DNA of 64,000 nt from Sphaerodactylus townsendi (taxonomy: Eukaryota), in assembly GCF_021028975.2 (NCBI RefSeq), contig NC_059425.1:57412001-57476000 (forward strand). The letters are read 5' to 3'. Below, piece by piece: positions 37,270 to 50,614 of this stretch. Under the pieces are notes generated by a model. The model was not told where the DNA came from and made no database searches. It worked only from the letters and a program-made list of their open reading frames with translations. Every line of letters begins with the position of its first letter. Positions within the stretch are counted from its first letter, which is position 1. Made by a program: the position numbers and the translations under genes.

Positions 37270-37574
37270 GTGTTTGGGATATTTTTCAGTTTATCCACTT
37301 TGAGGATGAGAACATGATCATTGGAGGTTTGAGACTTACCACCTTCTTGTATGACTCTTCCCTTACCAGGCTACTTAAATCCACTGGGGAGAATCCTGGT
37401 TGACTGGGTCTGAGGGGCAGTTAATTCTGCCTTGAAACAAACTGGGACCTACCTGGGACCCAGGTGATCTCAATAACTGTTCACCAGTCTCAAATGTACA
37501 ATTCCCAAGCAAGGTGATTGAACAGACAGAGGCTGAACAATCTCTGGCTTTCCTGGATGAAGCAAAGTGTTTAG

Positions 37575-37745
37575 GTCCTTTCCAATCTGATTTCAGGTCT
37601 GGCTAGGGGACTCAAACAACCTTGGCTGCTCTGGCAGATGATCTGCACCAGGAGATGATCAGATGGGATGAGATTTTATTGATTCTCCTGAACCTTTCAC
37701 CAGTTTTTTATTCCATGCATCATGATATCTTTCTGGGCCACTTTT
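37575..37745 (+). mobile_element. Decayed L2 RT fragment
   Basis: Reads PFQSDFRSG*GTQTTLAALADDL, like the L2 motif PFQSGFRPGxGTETAL. Confidence 0.55.
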
Positions 37746-38919
37746 CTGCAGAATATTTCTGATATTTACTGGGTGTGAAGTATCAGAATTGGGAAATACC
37801 GGGAGTGCCTTTATGGAATCAGATGTTGCTGATCTGACCCCAGAACTATTGGCCATTTCATCATGTCAATCATTTTAGACTGCATGATCCTTTCTTGGGT
37901 GCTTTCAATACTAACGACCACAGTTCAATGCAAATGGTGGTTTAACAGTAACATTGAAAGACATGTGAACATTCCTGAGAGGTCCTAAGATCTCCTAGTA
38001 TTGTGCATCATTTTGCCAACAGCATTTAAGTCCAGTGTCTAAGGCTGCAACTAGACATGATGCAAGAGAACTATGACTGAACTGTCCCAACATCTTTCAT
38101 TTCATTTAAAAGCAGTCTGGACTAAAAGAGTAGATTTGGACTGGGACTATGGCAGAGGAATTTAATTGCTCCCTCTCCCCCTCTTTTCAATGAAAAGCAG
38201 ACCTCTCTACCTAATAGCCCCAGAATATTGAAGGGAGGGGGAATTTATACAGCCACTTAGCAAAGAACAATTCCTATTTGAAAAAAAAGTATTGAATGGG
38301 GGGGAACCTTACATCCCAAAACAATAACCCTGCTGTTTACAAATGAAATTAGACATTGGGAAAATGGATTACAGATCTCTCAAATATTGTCCACCTTTGG
38401 ATATCTGACTCACTATACAGAAATATTGGGAAGGGAGTAATGGAAGAAAGGATACTCAGCTCCCACCCCCTCCCAATACTTGGCAAGATGAGAAATTTCA
38501 GCATAAGCTCATTAAAAAGAATGGGAAGGAAGGAATTTGTGAGAGCTGCCAAAGTTTGATTCCATTTGGTAAAAATGGCCTACCAAAAAATGAAGTCTGT
38601 TGACTTCATTATTCAAATACCTTCCAGTATTCATGGAGATTAGTGTAGATGAAGAACCCCTCTTGAGTGAGTGCAAAGATTTTGCTCAAGGGGGGACATG
38701 AAGTTTTCTGTTTCAAAAGCATGATTTTGATGCGCCAGCATTTAGTCCCAACATTTCACTACTGGATTCAGTCACTGGGGATCTTTTGTACAGAGGGCTG
38801 TTTTTGCAGTTATGTTTTGTTTTGTTTGTATTTCATACAGCTACGTTTTTAATACTACAGAAACTATTACTAGCAGAAAGCAAAACCAGTGTGCATTGTG
38901 TTGAAAGTTCTATCCTTAC

Positions 38920-39063
38920 CCGCTCATCCATGGGCACCTTGGTGACTTCATCCTGGCTATCCTCAGGCACTGGAACACGAGCAACTGAGAGACCATTGAG
39001 CGCTGCCAACATCAAGGGCCTCTTCTGGGCCTCCAGGCCTGCCATCTTCTGTTTCTCTAGATA
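38920..39063 (-). CDS. PTPN14: PTPN14 exon (approx. 14)
   Basis: YLEKQKMAGLEAQKRPLMLAALNGLSVARVPVPEDSQDEVTKVPMDER. aaag/gtaagg; 144 nt. Confidence 0.95.
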
Positions 39064-40100
39064 CTTTTGGCAAGAAAAGGCACGCTTTCATCTCAGGGTG
39101 ATTAGAAATAATGCCAACAGAATGTTGGAATGTCTTTTTAATCTCCAAAAAAATCTACAACTTGGTCCGAGGAGTGCAGATGATTGCCATTAGCAGAGCA
39201 AATTCAAATGCGTCTCCTAAACTTCCCATTATTTCCCTGGGGGGCCTGTTCCTACATGAATGCAGAGTTTTAATTTCAAAGTAACAGTCCCACATTACAG
39301 AAGACTTGCGATCAAAGACAGGCATATCTGTGTGTGCGTGTGTGTGTGTGTAAGAGTTAGACTGAGGGAACAGAAACAAACAAGCCAAGCAAATCACAAA
39401 GATGATACATAAACCCAGACTGGGGGTGGATTTTAAACAGTGTTGTTATGCTGAAATAAATACAATGAGTCCCATTAACAATATATTCCCCATGACTAAG
39501 CTCATAAAAAGCCAACTGGAAACTTGTTTCATTGCCACCAGGTAGATAATGTGCAAGTGTGGCAATAGAGAGAATTAAAACACAACAACAGAGCTTTGTG
39601 AGATCTGAACAAGGCACAATGAGTAGGTTTTTGTCCAACTAAATTTGCTTATTCAAAAGCCAGAAATGGCATCACCTCTCCTTAAGTCAAAACCTACACT
39701 TGTAGCTTCTCTCATCCTTAGAATTGTAGACAGGAAAAAGAGTTGCCTTCCTGGCGCTTTACAGAAATAAGAATAGCCAGATGTAGTAGTCCTCAAGATG
39801 ATACCTGCTTGCAAGGGAAGCTCATGGTATAAGTTCCCTGCTAATAGCCCAGGTGGCAGCAATCTCCCTCCTCTCCCCCCACCAGCCTCCTTCTCTATCC
39901 AGCATTGAAGAGGAGGACACAATGGAGGAAATATGCTAGACAATAGGCATTTTGTTCCCGCTTTTCCCACACATAGAGACAGATATAAGGGTGCTTGCTA
40001 TGCCATTGTCAACATCCTTCTCTTATGACACGGAAGCTCAGCCTCCTATGCACCTCCTACCTAGGTGCCTGTCACTGACTTCTTTTCAGTCAAGTCAGGT

Positions 40101-40610
40101 CAGTGGCGGAGCGCCAAGGGGACAGGGTGTGCATTGTGCACTGGGCGCAAGCCTGGGGGTGAAAAATCACCCCCGCCCCCCTTTTCCCCACCCCCACCCC
40201 CGCAGCCCCCCCACGGCACACACACACCACCCCCCTTCCCACACTTACCTACATTCCTTTTCTTTTTTTAGTACTTTCTGAGGCTGAAAAAAGCGGCCTA
40301 TTTACAGTTCAGGCTAAAAACTGCCTGAGGAACTACAGTTCCCAAGAGACCTTGGGGCTCACAAAGTCTCCTGGGAAGTATAGATCGTCAGGCAGTTTTT
40401 TCCCCTGAACTGTGAAGAGGCCGCTTTTTTCAGCCTCAAAAAGTACTAGAAATAGAAAAGGAACGTAGGTAAGTGTGGGAAGGTGGGTGGGGGTGTGTGC
40501 CGTGGGGGGACTGCAAGGGCGCTGCCACAGGGGGGCGGGGAAAAGGGGGGCATGGGGGGTGGAAAAAACACACTGCGTACCTGGCGCAGTTTGGCCCAGC
40601 TACGTCTCTG
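40101..40610. mobile_element. hAT-type non-autonomous element with a long internal palindrome; start of a compound transposon cluster extending to ~41775
   Basis: Ends cagtggcggagc ... gctacgtctctg; inverted arms ~40200-40352 and ~40362-40510. Further termini at 40618-40645, ~41030-41042 and 41725-41775. No clean TSD. Confidence 0.7.
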
Positions 40611-42995
40611 GATTCGGTAGTGGGATTCAAATAATTTAACAACTGCAGGGAGAAGTTCCCTTCTTGGGGCCCATTTTCACCCATCAAAGCAAAAGGGGGG
40701 GGGGAAAGTCTGTCATTTTGTACAAGATTAAAATGACCAGTAATAGAACCCCCATTTCACACATTTCTCTTTTCTTGTGTTGAAAGACACAGATTATGCC
40801 CCCCCCCCAAAGAACCCCCTCAAATTCCACTTGGATGGTGAATTAAAATTGGTGCCTTTAATGGGACTGTCAACTTCTAGGGGGAACTGAACCCCCCCCC
40901 CTGGAAAATGTCTGCCATGGAGGGTGGACTCGCCAGCCATATTCCTCACTGAGCATGGCCCCTGCCCTGGTCCCAAAAGCCACAGCTTCTGAGAATCTAC
41001 CCCCAAATATCCTGGGATTTGCCTGCCGGGAGTTGGCAACCCGCGACAACCATGGATGAGGATGATCCCGGCCTTCCTCCCTTCCACAATCTACAAGTTT
41101 ACCCTCCACTGGCTTACTCTGAAGTAAACCTTCCAAGATCCACGTGCAAGGCTTTCCCCATGCACTCCTGCCCTCCTTGGCAATGCAGAAGCAAACAATT
41201 CCCACCCACCCTGCCTCCTCATCAAACAACCCCAACTAGTGCAACCTTGCAGGGCTGCAGGTAATAACTCCTTTAAAACCTGACATCGTCTTTCTCACCT
41301 GGACTCAGCCAGGTTGCCATCCACCAGGAAAGCCCTTGGAGCTCAGCAGGGCTGCTGGGGGGTCTGCAACCAAAGGTGGCAATGCTGGGGTCCCCCATGT
41401 GGTCCAGCCCCCCAAGAAGGTCCTGGGGGAGGGGGAAATGAGGCCACCCAAATCAGGGTCAACCCCTGACCCCCAATCAAGGGAGGGGCGGACTGAAGTT
41501 AGGATTGCGCTGAAAATCAGCTGAGTCACTCGGAAAGTCCAGATGTTAGTGAAGACCTTCCAAGAGGATAGCTCTCCAGGCAGCTGAGACAGGGAAGCCA
41601 GAAGCAGCTTGGGATAGCTGTCTCGGGCTGTGCCTCTCTAGGAAAAGAATTCTTTCCCATTAACCCTTAGGGCCACTCTCCGAAGGAGGCTGAGAGGACC
41701 CAAGCCACGCGGAGCCGCAGTACAAGGACAAAAGAGCCACATGCGGCTCCGGAGCTGCGGGTTGCAGACCCCTGGGCTAGATTCCCCATCAGCCTGTGCT
41801 ATCACATGACAATACCTGCCTCGATGCAGAGCCTCCTGTTAAATGACACGCAAGATTCATACCAGTGTTTATAAGCTAACTTTTTTTTTTGCTTAAAGTA
41901 GTGCTTTCAAAAGGTCCATAGATCCCACAGAGCTTTGTCTGCTCCTGTTTGCAATGCCACTACACCCTTTGGAGTGGGCAATGTGAGCTGTTCAAACATG
42001 TGTTCTATTTAATATAGAGTTTATTCAGCCATTTCATATCTGCAGTTCATATTAATGTTTTTTTGCTTTCAGCTAAGAAAGTCCAGACTTCTAGTCACCT
42101 ATTCAGTTCAATGGCATAGAACCTAATGCAGGAAATGGGAAAATAAAGATAACTCTGAGCATAATCCAGTCAAACTCCACTGACCTTGCTCTGAGATACA
42201 TGTTCTTAAACATCTCCCACTTACACAAATGGCTCTTCAAAATGTCTAGTTATGTTTGGACTGCACCCTTTATTTTGCAAAGATGGCTTTAAAAGTTACT
42301 TGTCATTCTTTTGACACATGGGCTTGGCTCCAGTGATGCGCAAGAGGAAACATAAGTGGATTTAGCGCAGTTCTGCTTTCACACAATCTTGTGGCACACT
42401 AAGCACTTTCTTCCCTATATATTGCAGCACCCAGAAATTGGTTTTACAAGAGGAAACATAAATGGAGATACAATATATTTGACTTAGAACTAGCATCTAC
42501 CACAGTCTTTTCTTTGCATTTCAGTTTGCACAAGAGCTGCAGCACAAGAAGAAATTACATATTGGATCTAACCCAAAACCTATGTTTTCAAAAGTACAAA
42601 TTTCCCATCATGATAGCAACTATCTCTAAATAGCTACCCCATCAGAATCATTACTTAGGAATTTCTTGTATCTTGAAGATAAGACAAAAATTCAGAAAAT
42701 CTGCAAAGAACAGAACACAGAATAGGGCATGCAGAACACAGTCAAGTACCTTCAACAGAATCTTGGGAATGCTCAAAGTACGTTTCTAAAGTAAGTTTCT
42801 AATTACAATGGAAGTTCTATTAAAAGTACATTCGTGATCTGACTTTCTATCACCGAATGCTCGCACAGTCAAAGAGATGCATATATTTCTATTTCAAAAA
42901 TCAACTTTAACAGAGTACTGCTTTTAAGTGGCACTGCTGCCACTTTTTCAAATCTATCATATGGTTGCTAAATTCAGAAATAAAAATATACTTAC

Positions 42996-44455
42996 CCTCA
43001 TCTCTCTTTCTATGATACTATCTTCAACAGAAAACATTTCAGATACAGGCCTCTCCTTCACCGGCTCTTTCTTGACTCTCTCTTTTACAATGGTTAAGTC
43101 TGGTTCTGAGATCGATGGGCCTAGTGAAGAGCCATTCACCGCTGTTGGGTCAGTCCGACATACACTGACAGCCTTTGTAGGCCCTGGTCTCATGGCCTTG
43201 ACTCGAGAAACAGACAATGTAACGTTCATTGGGTCATTCCTTAAGGCTCCATTGCTAACGCTTTTCCTGGCTCCGGGATACTCTGGGGGAGGTTTGTTTG
43301 GTATTCTAGCCAAGGCAGCTTGCAGCTGAGCACTGTACTCCATGTTTTCATGGAATGCTGCCATAGAGGAAACAGATTCCGAGGCTTCCTCCTCCTCTTC
43401 ACTTTCACTGCTGTGTATCAGCATTGTGGCATCTGAGAAGGTCTTCTTGTGATGGTAGTGAGGGAGCTGCACTATTTCCTCTGGCTGCACCTGCTCTCGC
43501 AAAGTATTTCTGCGTGGTAAAGGAGCGTTTAGACTCTTTAAAGTCATGACCTCTATGCCACGCACCATGTTGCTGATGACTTCCAAACTCTGCCGCTTGT
43601 TGACAGGTGCATGGTGCTTGACTGCCCTAAGGGGTTCGCTGACTTCCTGGAGAGACTGGTGGATGACTGGAGAGCTATCCTCTTGGAAGGTCTTCACCAA
43701 CATCTGGACTTTCCGAGTGACCAGGTCAGGGCTGCTTCCACTAACATACTTGTGGCGATGGCTTGCTAGATCAGGTGTGCTGGTAGCAGGGCGTGGACGT
43801 GGATATGGGGGTGGTGGTCTAAAACGGTAGTTTTTTAGTACATGGGCTGTACCTCCTCTCTGGCTATTTGGCATTTGCATGTTGGCCAGCTCTGGTGTGC
43901 TAACCGTGTGGGAAATAGCACTGGCTGCTGCTTTAGTCTGTGTAGGATTTATGGGCTTCATTTGTTCAGATGGAGTGATGTGTTTTTTATAAGTGCCTTG
44001 GGGCCCATAGGTTATAGTATAAGGAGAGCGCTCCCGAATTTCTGGTTGGCTATACACAAGGTCTTTGGGGTGATTATAAGCATGGGTGTTCCCGATATTG
44101 AGGTTCCGCAGCGACTGGCTTTGGCTGTCTGTATGAATAATCCCTCTATTCATTTGCCTCATTACAGTTTCATAGTCTGGCGTTGGCCGATAGGAAGGTA
44201 CTATGATTGCACTATGTCTATGGCTAGGGATGTAGTCTGCTCTCATGATGTCACTCCCAGGGATGCTGAGGTTGGAGGACATTGGAGAAGCCTGAATGAA
44301 ATTTTGTGAGCGGTTGAGGGAGTTCATACTTGGGGCGCTGCACACACTGCCGTTGGGGACGTTGCCATTCAAGTAGCTGTAGTCCATTGCACATCTATCC
44401 AAGCTAGTCTGAGATCGACAGTAAAACATTTCTTCATTTCCATGGAAAATGCTGT
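42996..44455 (-). CDS. PTPN14: PTPN14 large linker exon (approx. 13) with two PPxY motifs
   Basis: DSIFHGNEE...RPPPPYPRPRPATSTPDL...KPPPEYPG...EDSIIEREMR. PPPPY at 43803-43817, PPPEY at 43278-43292. ttcag/gtaagt; 1460 nt. Confidence 0.97.
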
Positions 44456-44943
44456 CTGAATACATGAGGGAAAAAATGAAACAAGTTAACAAACAGGACA
44501 ATAGAGTGAGTAAGAAACAGAAGGAAGGATGTAGAAACCTTTTTGAGGGGCATGCTATGATTTCCAGCCATGGAAGAGGGGAAAAAAATCAAATGCGCTC
44601 ATGGTGTTTACCTCAGACAGGAAGTGAAATCTGATCATAGGCACACGGCTCTGGATTGCTTCCTGTATCATAATATGATATTGTCACAATCCAGCAATTT
44701 GTGAATGGCAACTCCTACTCCCATGTCTGCTACTACCCATTCACTGGCCACAGGGCAAGGCTGTCTCTCAGCCCAATCTCCCAAAATCTGCAGTACACAG
44801 ATAACAACATCGACCGGTCTTACAAGGCAATGGTTCAGGCTTACCATAATTATATTTGTGAAATGTGTTGAAACTTCTAAACCTTGTAATATATAAACGT
44901 TAAATATAATTACTGTTAATTAATTGTTAATTATAATAAATAC

Positions 44944-45022
44944 CTTGTGAATTGTGAGTTTCAGGGTAGGGTTCACCACACTGGACATGCATAGGAGGCA
45001 AAATACATGGGTGCTGCCTTGG
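44944..45022 (-). CDS. PTPN14: PTPN14 exon (approx. 12)
   Basis: PRQHPCILPPMHVQCGEPYPETHNSQ(D). ttttag/gtattt; 79 nt. Confidence 0.93.
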
Positions 45023-45221
45023 CTAAAATGTAAAAATAAAAATAAACACAATATATTTATAGGTGAAAATCTGCTATTTAGTACATTTAGACACTTGCTC
45101 TTTGACAAGCATCTGGGAGAAGCTTGAAAGGTTAATTATTTTCTTTAACATCTTTGTGTTTCACTTTCATGATGCCTAAAACTGCTTGTAATAAATGATT
45201 TTACTTAGCCAAGATATTTAC

Positions 45222-45279
45222 CAAGGACGATTTACTCCAGGTGGGCCGTCGCCTGATGGGAGGAGGAGAATTTGATTGT
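45222..45279 (-). CDS. PTPN14: PTPN14 exon (approx. 11)
   Basis: (E)QSNSPPPIRRRPTWSKSSL. cgcag/gtaaat; 58 nt. Confidence 0.94.
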
Positions 45280-46290
45280 CTGCGGGTGAAACACATAGGA
45301 AGTTATTCTAAATATGGGCCATTCTACCAACAGCATACTCCACTTCAGAAAATTAAAAAGGGACCTTTATATATTGTAATTATTTGGTTTGTAATGGATG
45401 TAAATGGGTTGAAAAGGATGCATTAAAATCTTTTATAAAGAAACAAACACACACACACATGCCTTTAAACACACACACTACCATCCTTGCATCACCTTAT
45501 CTTGAAAATGCAAGATAAGAACTAACTGGAAGTAAGCATTTTGTTGAATGTAAATTGAACTTGAATAGCATACCATTCACTACATGCCTTAGGCAAATGA
45601 TATAGAGAGCAGAGAAGGGTTCCGAACAGGCTAAGCACACAGACTGAAGGAGAACAGAGCGATGGAATAGGCAAATGTGGGCATGGATGTTGGGGAACAA
45701 AATGCATCACTTGAGGCAGAGAGGAGGAAAAGGAAAAACCATAACATTCAGCTAGAGTAAAGTGCTTACGTGAAGAGAGGAAAGGCAGAATTTCGCCTCT
45801 TACAGTTTCTCATCTGGTGAATGACGTTATGCGCAGTTAGTAAATACACACCCACGTAAAAAAGAAAGACTAACAGAGCCATTTTCAAAACACATAGAAT
45901 GGGAAATCGCAGGTACGATCCAAGCAGTACTAATTTTAGGATTAAAGTGTAAACTTGCCCCTTAGTCAAGAGTCCCAGGGCAATTGAACAAAATGCAGTA
46001 TACAAAGAATGAAACAAGAAAATAAATATTTGTATATTTGATTTTGATCACATTTTTGTCCAAGGAGTGCAGAGAAGTGCACCTATCTTTGTAACAACCC
46101 TGCAAGTTACATCGAGAGACAATGACTGCACCAAGGTCGCCCAGTGAGCTTCACAGCTGAAAAGGGACTTCAACTCCAGCCTCCATAGCCTTAGTTTGCC
46201 CTTCTGCTCTATGTACCCCACCTGCTCACCAGAAATCATGAATGCAATCCAAGCATCAACAGGGCATTGCCACAAGAACAGTCATTACAA

Positions 46291-46658
46291 TGGGGTGCTG
46301 TGTGGTTTCCAGGCTGTATGGCCATGTTCTCTGTATAGCAGCATTCTCTCCTGACGTTTTGCCTGCATCTGTGGCTGGCATCTTCAGAGGATCTGATAGT
46401 TGGAAAGGAAAGTAAGTGGACTATATATAGCTGTGACCTTTACTGTCACAGTATATATAGCTGTGACCTTTACTTTATATACAGCTGTGACCACAGCTAT
46501 ATATACTCCACTTGCTTTCCTTTCCAACTATCAGATCCTCTGAAGATGCCAGCCACAGATGCAGGAGAAACGTCAGGAGAGAATGCTGCTAGAACATGGC
46601 CATACAGCCCGGAAACCACACAGAACCGCAGTGATTCCAGCCGTGAAAGCCTTCGACA
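46291..46658. mobile_element. Palindromic Penelope-like element with a hammerhead motif on each strand
   Basis: Inverted arms ~46293-46437 and ~46489-46628. 13-bp duplication ACAGTCATTACAA (46278-46290, 46656-46668). Hammerhead motifs at 46349-46391 (-) and 46536-46578 (+). Confidence 0.82.
46536..46578 (+). ncRNA. Minimal hammerhead ribozyme motif with a mutated stem II closing pair
   Basis: UCCU-CUGAAGA-UGCCAGCCACAGAUGCAGGA-GAAAC-GUC^AGGA. Confidence 0.55.
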
Positions 46659-47423
46659 GTCATTACAAAGCTTACGATGATTAAGTATTCTGTGAGGACA
46701 AACACGCTGCTGAGAAAGCCCAAAAGCTGACAACATGAACCACAACTCAGATGGCATCCTGAAGGATCCTACATGATAGAAAGCAATCCTACGCTGCACA
46801 ACTGTTGCAATGTCTAAAATAGTGGCGGTAGTATTGTATCTGCCTATTCTTGCAATCAATTAACAGGGAAGTTAATCTTTCCATCCAAGCATTCACCCTC
46901 TCTCTAATTTCTTCATTCTCTCTATTTGTACTGATAGGCAGAAGTAGAACTCAAGTTGGCCTGCAGAAAAAAACATGTTTCTTCTAACTTTTATGGTTTG
47001 AGCAAAAATATTTTAAATTCAAAGCTTCTGAGAGAATAGAGTAGGGACTACTCTAGAACAAAAAACAGACATCATTAATCACTACATCCTGACACCATGT
47101 CCATGACCACACTCTTGGAAAATGAAAACATTTTTTTCTTAAATTGAGAATACTGGAATAAAAATATCTTCTGCTCACATTTTCATGGAGCTTTGGAACA
47201 ACCTCAGACAAGGCTTGAGTGTCAATTATCAGCCACAGGAATGGGATTAAATTATTCTATACATTGTTACAAATGAAAAAAGGCAATGGAAATGCCTTTG
47301 GCACAGAATCCATGGAATATCTCACCCTGGGTCCTACTATGAACAACTGGGACCTACAAGAACACCTGGGGGGTGGGATCTGAAAGAAAGAAAAGGAAAA
47401 AGAGGAGGAGGGAAAGAGAGAAA

Positions 47424-47569
47424 NNNNNNNNNNNNNNNNNNNNNNNNNNNNNNNNNNNNNNNNNNNNNNNNNNNNNNNNNNNNNNNNNNNNNNNNNNNNN
47501 NNNNNNNNNNNNNNNNNNNNNNNNNNNNNNNNNNNNNNNNNNNNNNNNNNNNNNNNNNNNNNNNNNNNN
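47424..47569. other. Assembly gap (146 N)
   Basis: Run of N. Confidence 0.99.
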
Positions 47570-49020
47570 ATCAAGTTCTTTCCCTTCCCCCACTAAGAAG
47601 AGAACTGGAGCCTCCATTCCCCACTCCCCCAGCACTCATCAGTGCTGGTCCTGCCCAGAGAAGGAGACTGACTCTCCAAGGAGCAGAAGCAGGCCACCTC
47701 ACCTCACTTCCTGGAGTCCTTGCTCTCGCCTCCATATGGGGATACACCTCCCCCCGTCATGCCGGACTACATCTCGTGCCTCTGTGCTGGCCTACCTCCC
47801 CCTAGTCAGGTTGCTGTCACCCGGCAAAGTGCACCTTCCCTACCCCACCTGGGATTGAGGAAGATTACTGGCCACCTGGGACAGCTCCCGCCCTGTTCGT
47901 GTAGCCTCGTTTTTATAAGCAGTTGGAAAGGGCATAGCTGCAAAGAAGCAACATGTCAAATGGCTGCTGACCTTGTGGCTCCTGCTACGAGTCATCTGCT
48001 CTGTCTTTACCTTGGCCTGAATCTCTGGACCTTGGCCTGAATCCAAGGTTTATCCTTGGATTTGTTGCTGTGAGTGTTGGAACTTTTGTGCTTGACTTCT
48101 GGAATACAAATTTGACTGTGGAAACTGGACTCTGTATGTGTGTGTGGGAGCAGGTACGGAGGAACCAGGTAAGTTCCTTTGAAGCATATCAGGGATTCTT
48201 CAAAGAGAAAAAAGCCCCAGTAATACAGACTGTTCATACCGCCTCAGGAAAGTGGCCCACACTCTGTTTAAGGAGGGATGGCAAGGCCAAGCAAGCCTGA
48301 ATAGAGTACACAACCTCAAACAAAATTCTGTGCAACTCTGGCATTCTATGGCAAAAATGTAGATGTTTTTGGACAGCCAATCCAGAAAAAGTTTGCTGAA
48401 GACTTCATTCTCATACTTCATTCTCATAATATTTCTTACTCATTATTGATATTTATTTAAAAGCCTGGTATGCAGTAGTACAATTGGATCTTTTTGTGTG
48501 TGAAAGAAAAAGAGTTTTATAGGGTGAGATGTGGTATGATGCATGCTTTTGAATAAACCCTTTTTGACTGTTGGACTCTAGAAAAGACCCCAGCCAGGCC
48601 ACATCCTGCAATACTGTGAAAATAATATCAGAGTTTTCCCCCTACATCCATAAAAGTCTCAGATTAGATTTTTGAAGGGAATAAAAAAGAAAATTAAATC
48701 TGTTGTGAGTTTTCTATTTAGTTACTGGATACCATGACAAAAGTACATTCATAGTACAAGTATAAACACACAGATTTTACGCCATTCCTCTTTTCCTATC
48801 CGCGCATCTCTCGAGTGTCTCTCTCAGGAAATCACACATTAATTCTATAGCTGCTGTTTCTTATCTCTGAAACAAGGAGGACCTCTTTTAAGTCTGCTGT
48901 ACCTGCAAAGACCTAAGGGGGAACATATTGCAAAATACCCTTAAAAAGCCAGTGCCTGCACCAAAAGAAGATTCCATGTTCATTAAAGTGAATCAGAATT
49001 CACAAAAAGTGTATACTCAC

Positions 49021-49103
49021 TCTGTGCAGATTTTATTCTGTTTGTAAAACTTGTGCTTCACAGCAAACAGGCGTGAAACATACTTGGCATTTTCAAGGTC
49101 ATC
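49021..49103 (-). CDS. PTPN14: PTPN14 exon (approx. 10; end of FERM)
   Basis: DDLENAKYVSRLFAVKHKFYKQNKICT(E). tcaag/gtgagt; 83 nt. Confidence 0.95.
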
Positions 49104-50280
49104 CTTGAAGGAAGGTGACAGGAGAGAGAAAACACCAAAACGGCATTTAATCACAGTGCAGCTTGGACAGCAAAGCGTTGTCCGAAAAATGTCATGTTAT
49201 TCAAATATTCAATAGATATAAGGCTGTATTCAGGAAATATGCACAAAAAACATCAGTAATCAGCATCTAAGTTACAGAGACATTAATGGAACCTTGCTAC
49301 ACCGTCTGGGCCCAAACAACAGCCCAACACATGTACAATGCATAGTGGAAATGCCTGAAAGCTATCAGCTTGCAAAGGAGAGAAAGATATAAGTGTAAAA
49401 ACATTTAAATTAATTATCCAGACTGGGTAGCTTATACAGTGTCTTTTTAAATGAGGCTATCTGGGGCAGTTTCCTCAATGCCATGTGCACTACAAGCACT
49501 CTGGCACCATAAAGAGGGTGGACCCCACCCCAGCTGACCTCTCGGAAAGTTGGGCAACTGTGTTATCTTCTAAAGGATGTGGCAATTGACTAATTCAATA
49601 ACTGATGTGATGACAAGTTGGACAGAGATGCAAGGCCTCCAGCTGGTTACCACTTCTCTTTTCCAACCTTCCATTCACTTCACCATCACCACAGAACAGA
49701 ATACTCATCTATGTCATCACAAAACCAGAGGCTCAAGAAAAGCCCCCTGATCAGCTTGTTTTCCCCATTCCTGGAGCACCGCCAGCTCACCTAAGAGTCT
49801 ACAGGAGGTCAAGGAAGGGGCAACAATTCCTTTAATATTTTTTATGTAAGTGGGTGGCACACTGTAGACTTCAACCATCACTGTTCGCTGCAGTACCATC
49901 TAGTTTCTAGGAAAGTTGATTTCAAGGAAGACAGCCCACCTTGGGACTCTTCAAGAATACAATAGTTTTCAAATGAAACAGCAAAATTTGAATCTAGTAG
50001 CACTTTAAAAGCCAACAATATTTTCTCAGGTCAAAGCTTTGGTGAATCACACATCATTACTAGATACATCACTTTGACTCATAAAACCTCAGACTCTGGA
50101 AAAAAAATTTGATCTTTAAGGAACTACAATATTCAAATTTTGTTCTATAGAGCAACAAAGCTACCCATCTGAAACTATCCTCAAATGCAAGTTTGCCACA
50201 TAGCAAATTTACTTGCTTACTGTCCAGCTTAAACCACCCCCCCCTTCTTCCCAATAATGATCTCTAAATACTATGCTTAC

Positions 50281-50368
50281 AGTGTGGAAGAGCACAGTTT
50301 CTTCCTTGTTGATGAGCTCCACAGCAATCGAGGACCTGTTGTGTGTTATGTTTCCAATATCATTCCAC
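50281..50368 (-). CDS. PTPN14: PTPN14 exon (approx. 9; FERM)
   Basis: (R)WNDIGNITHNRSSIAVELINKEETVLFHT. ctcag/gtaagc; 88 nt. Confidence 0.95.
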
Positions 50369-50614
50369 CTGAGAGAAGCAACATTGTCAAGACAAACATC
50401 TTATTGCAAAACAGCCAGAGCTAACATTGTTATTCTATTTCAAAGAGAAATGTTGATCAATGACTTGGCTCAACCAAGTTTCTATTCACTTGGCTTGGAC
50501 ACATAAATTTGGATGATGCTATTACATGTACAGAGTAACCAACAGTCTATTCAACTAAGCAGCAAAACAGATAACTGATCTTTCACTTATCTTTTCCAGA
50601 AAAGGAAGATTTGA

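Noticed and set aside
43546-44309. Plus-strand ORFs of 94 and 155 aa
   Set aside because: They are antisense shadows of the large PTPN14 exon, with no independent support.
47257-47858. ORFs spanning X runs, and an LTR-like stretch after the gap
   Set aside because: The ORFs are artefacts of the N gap. The LTR impression (47570-48190) lacks verifiable TG...CA ends or a TSD.
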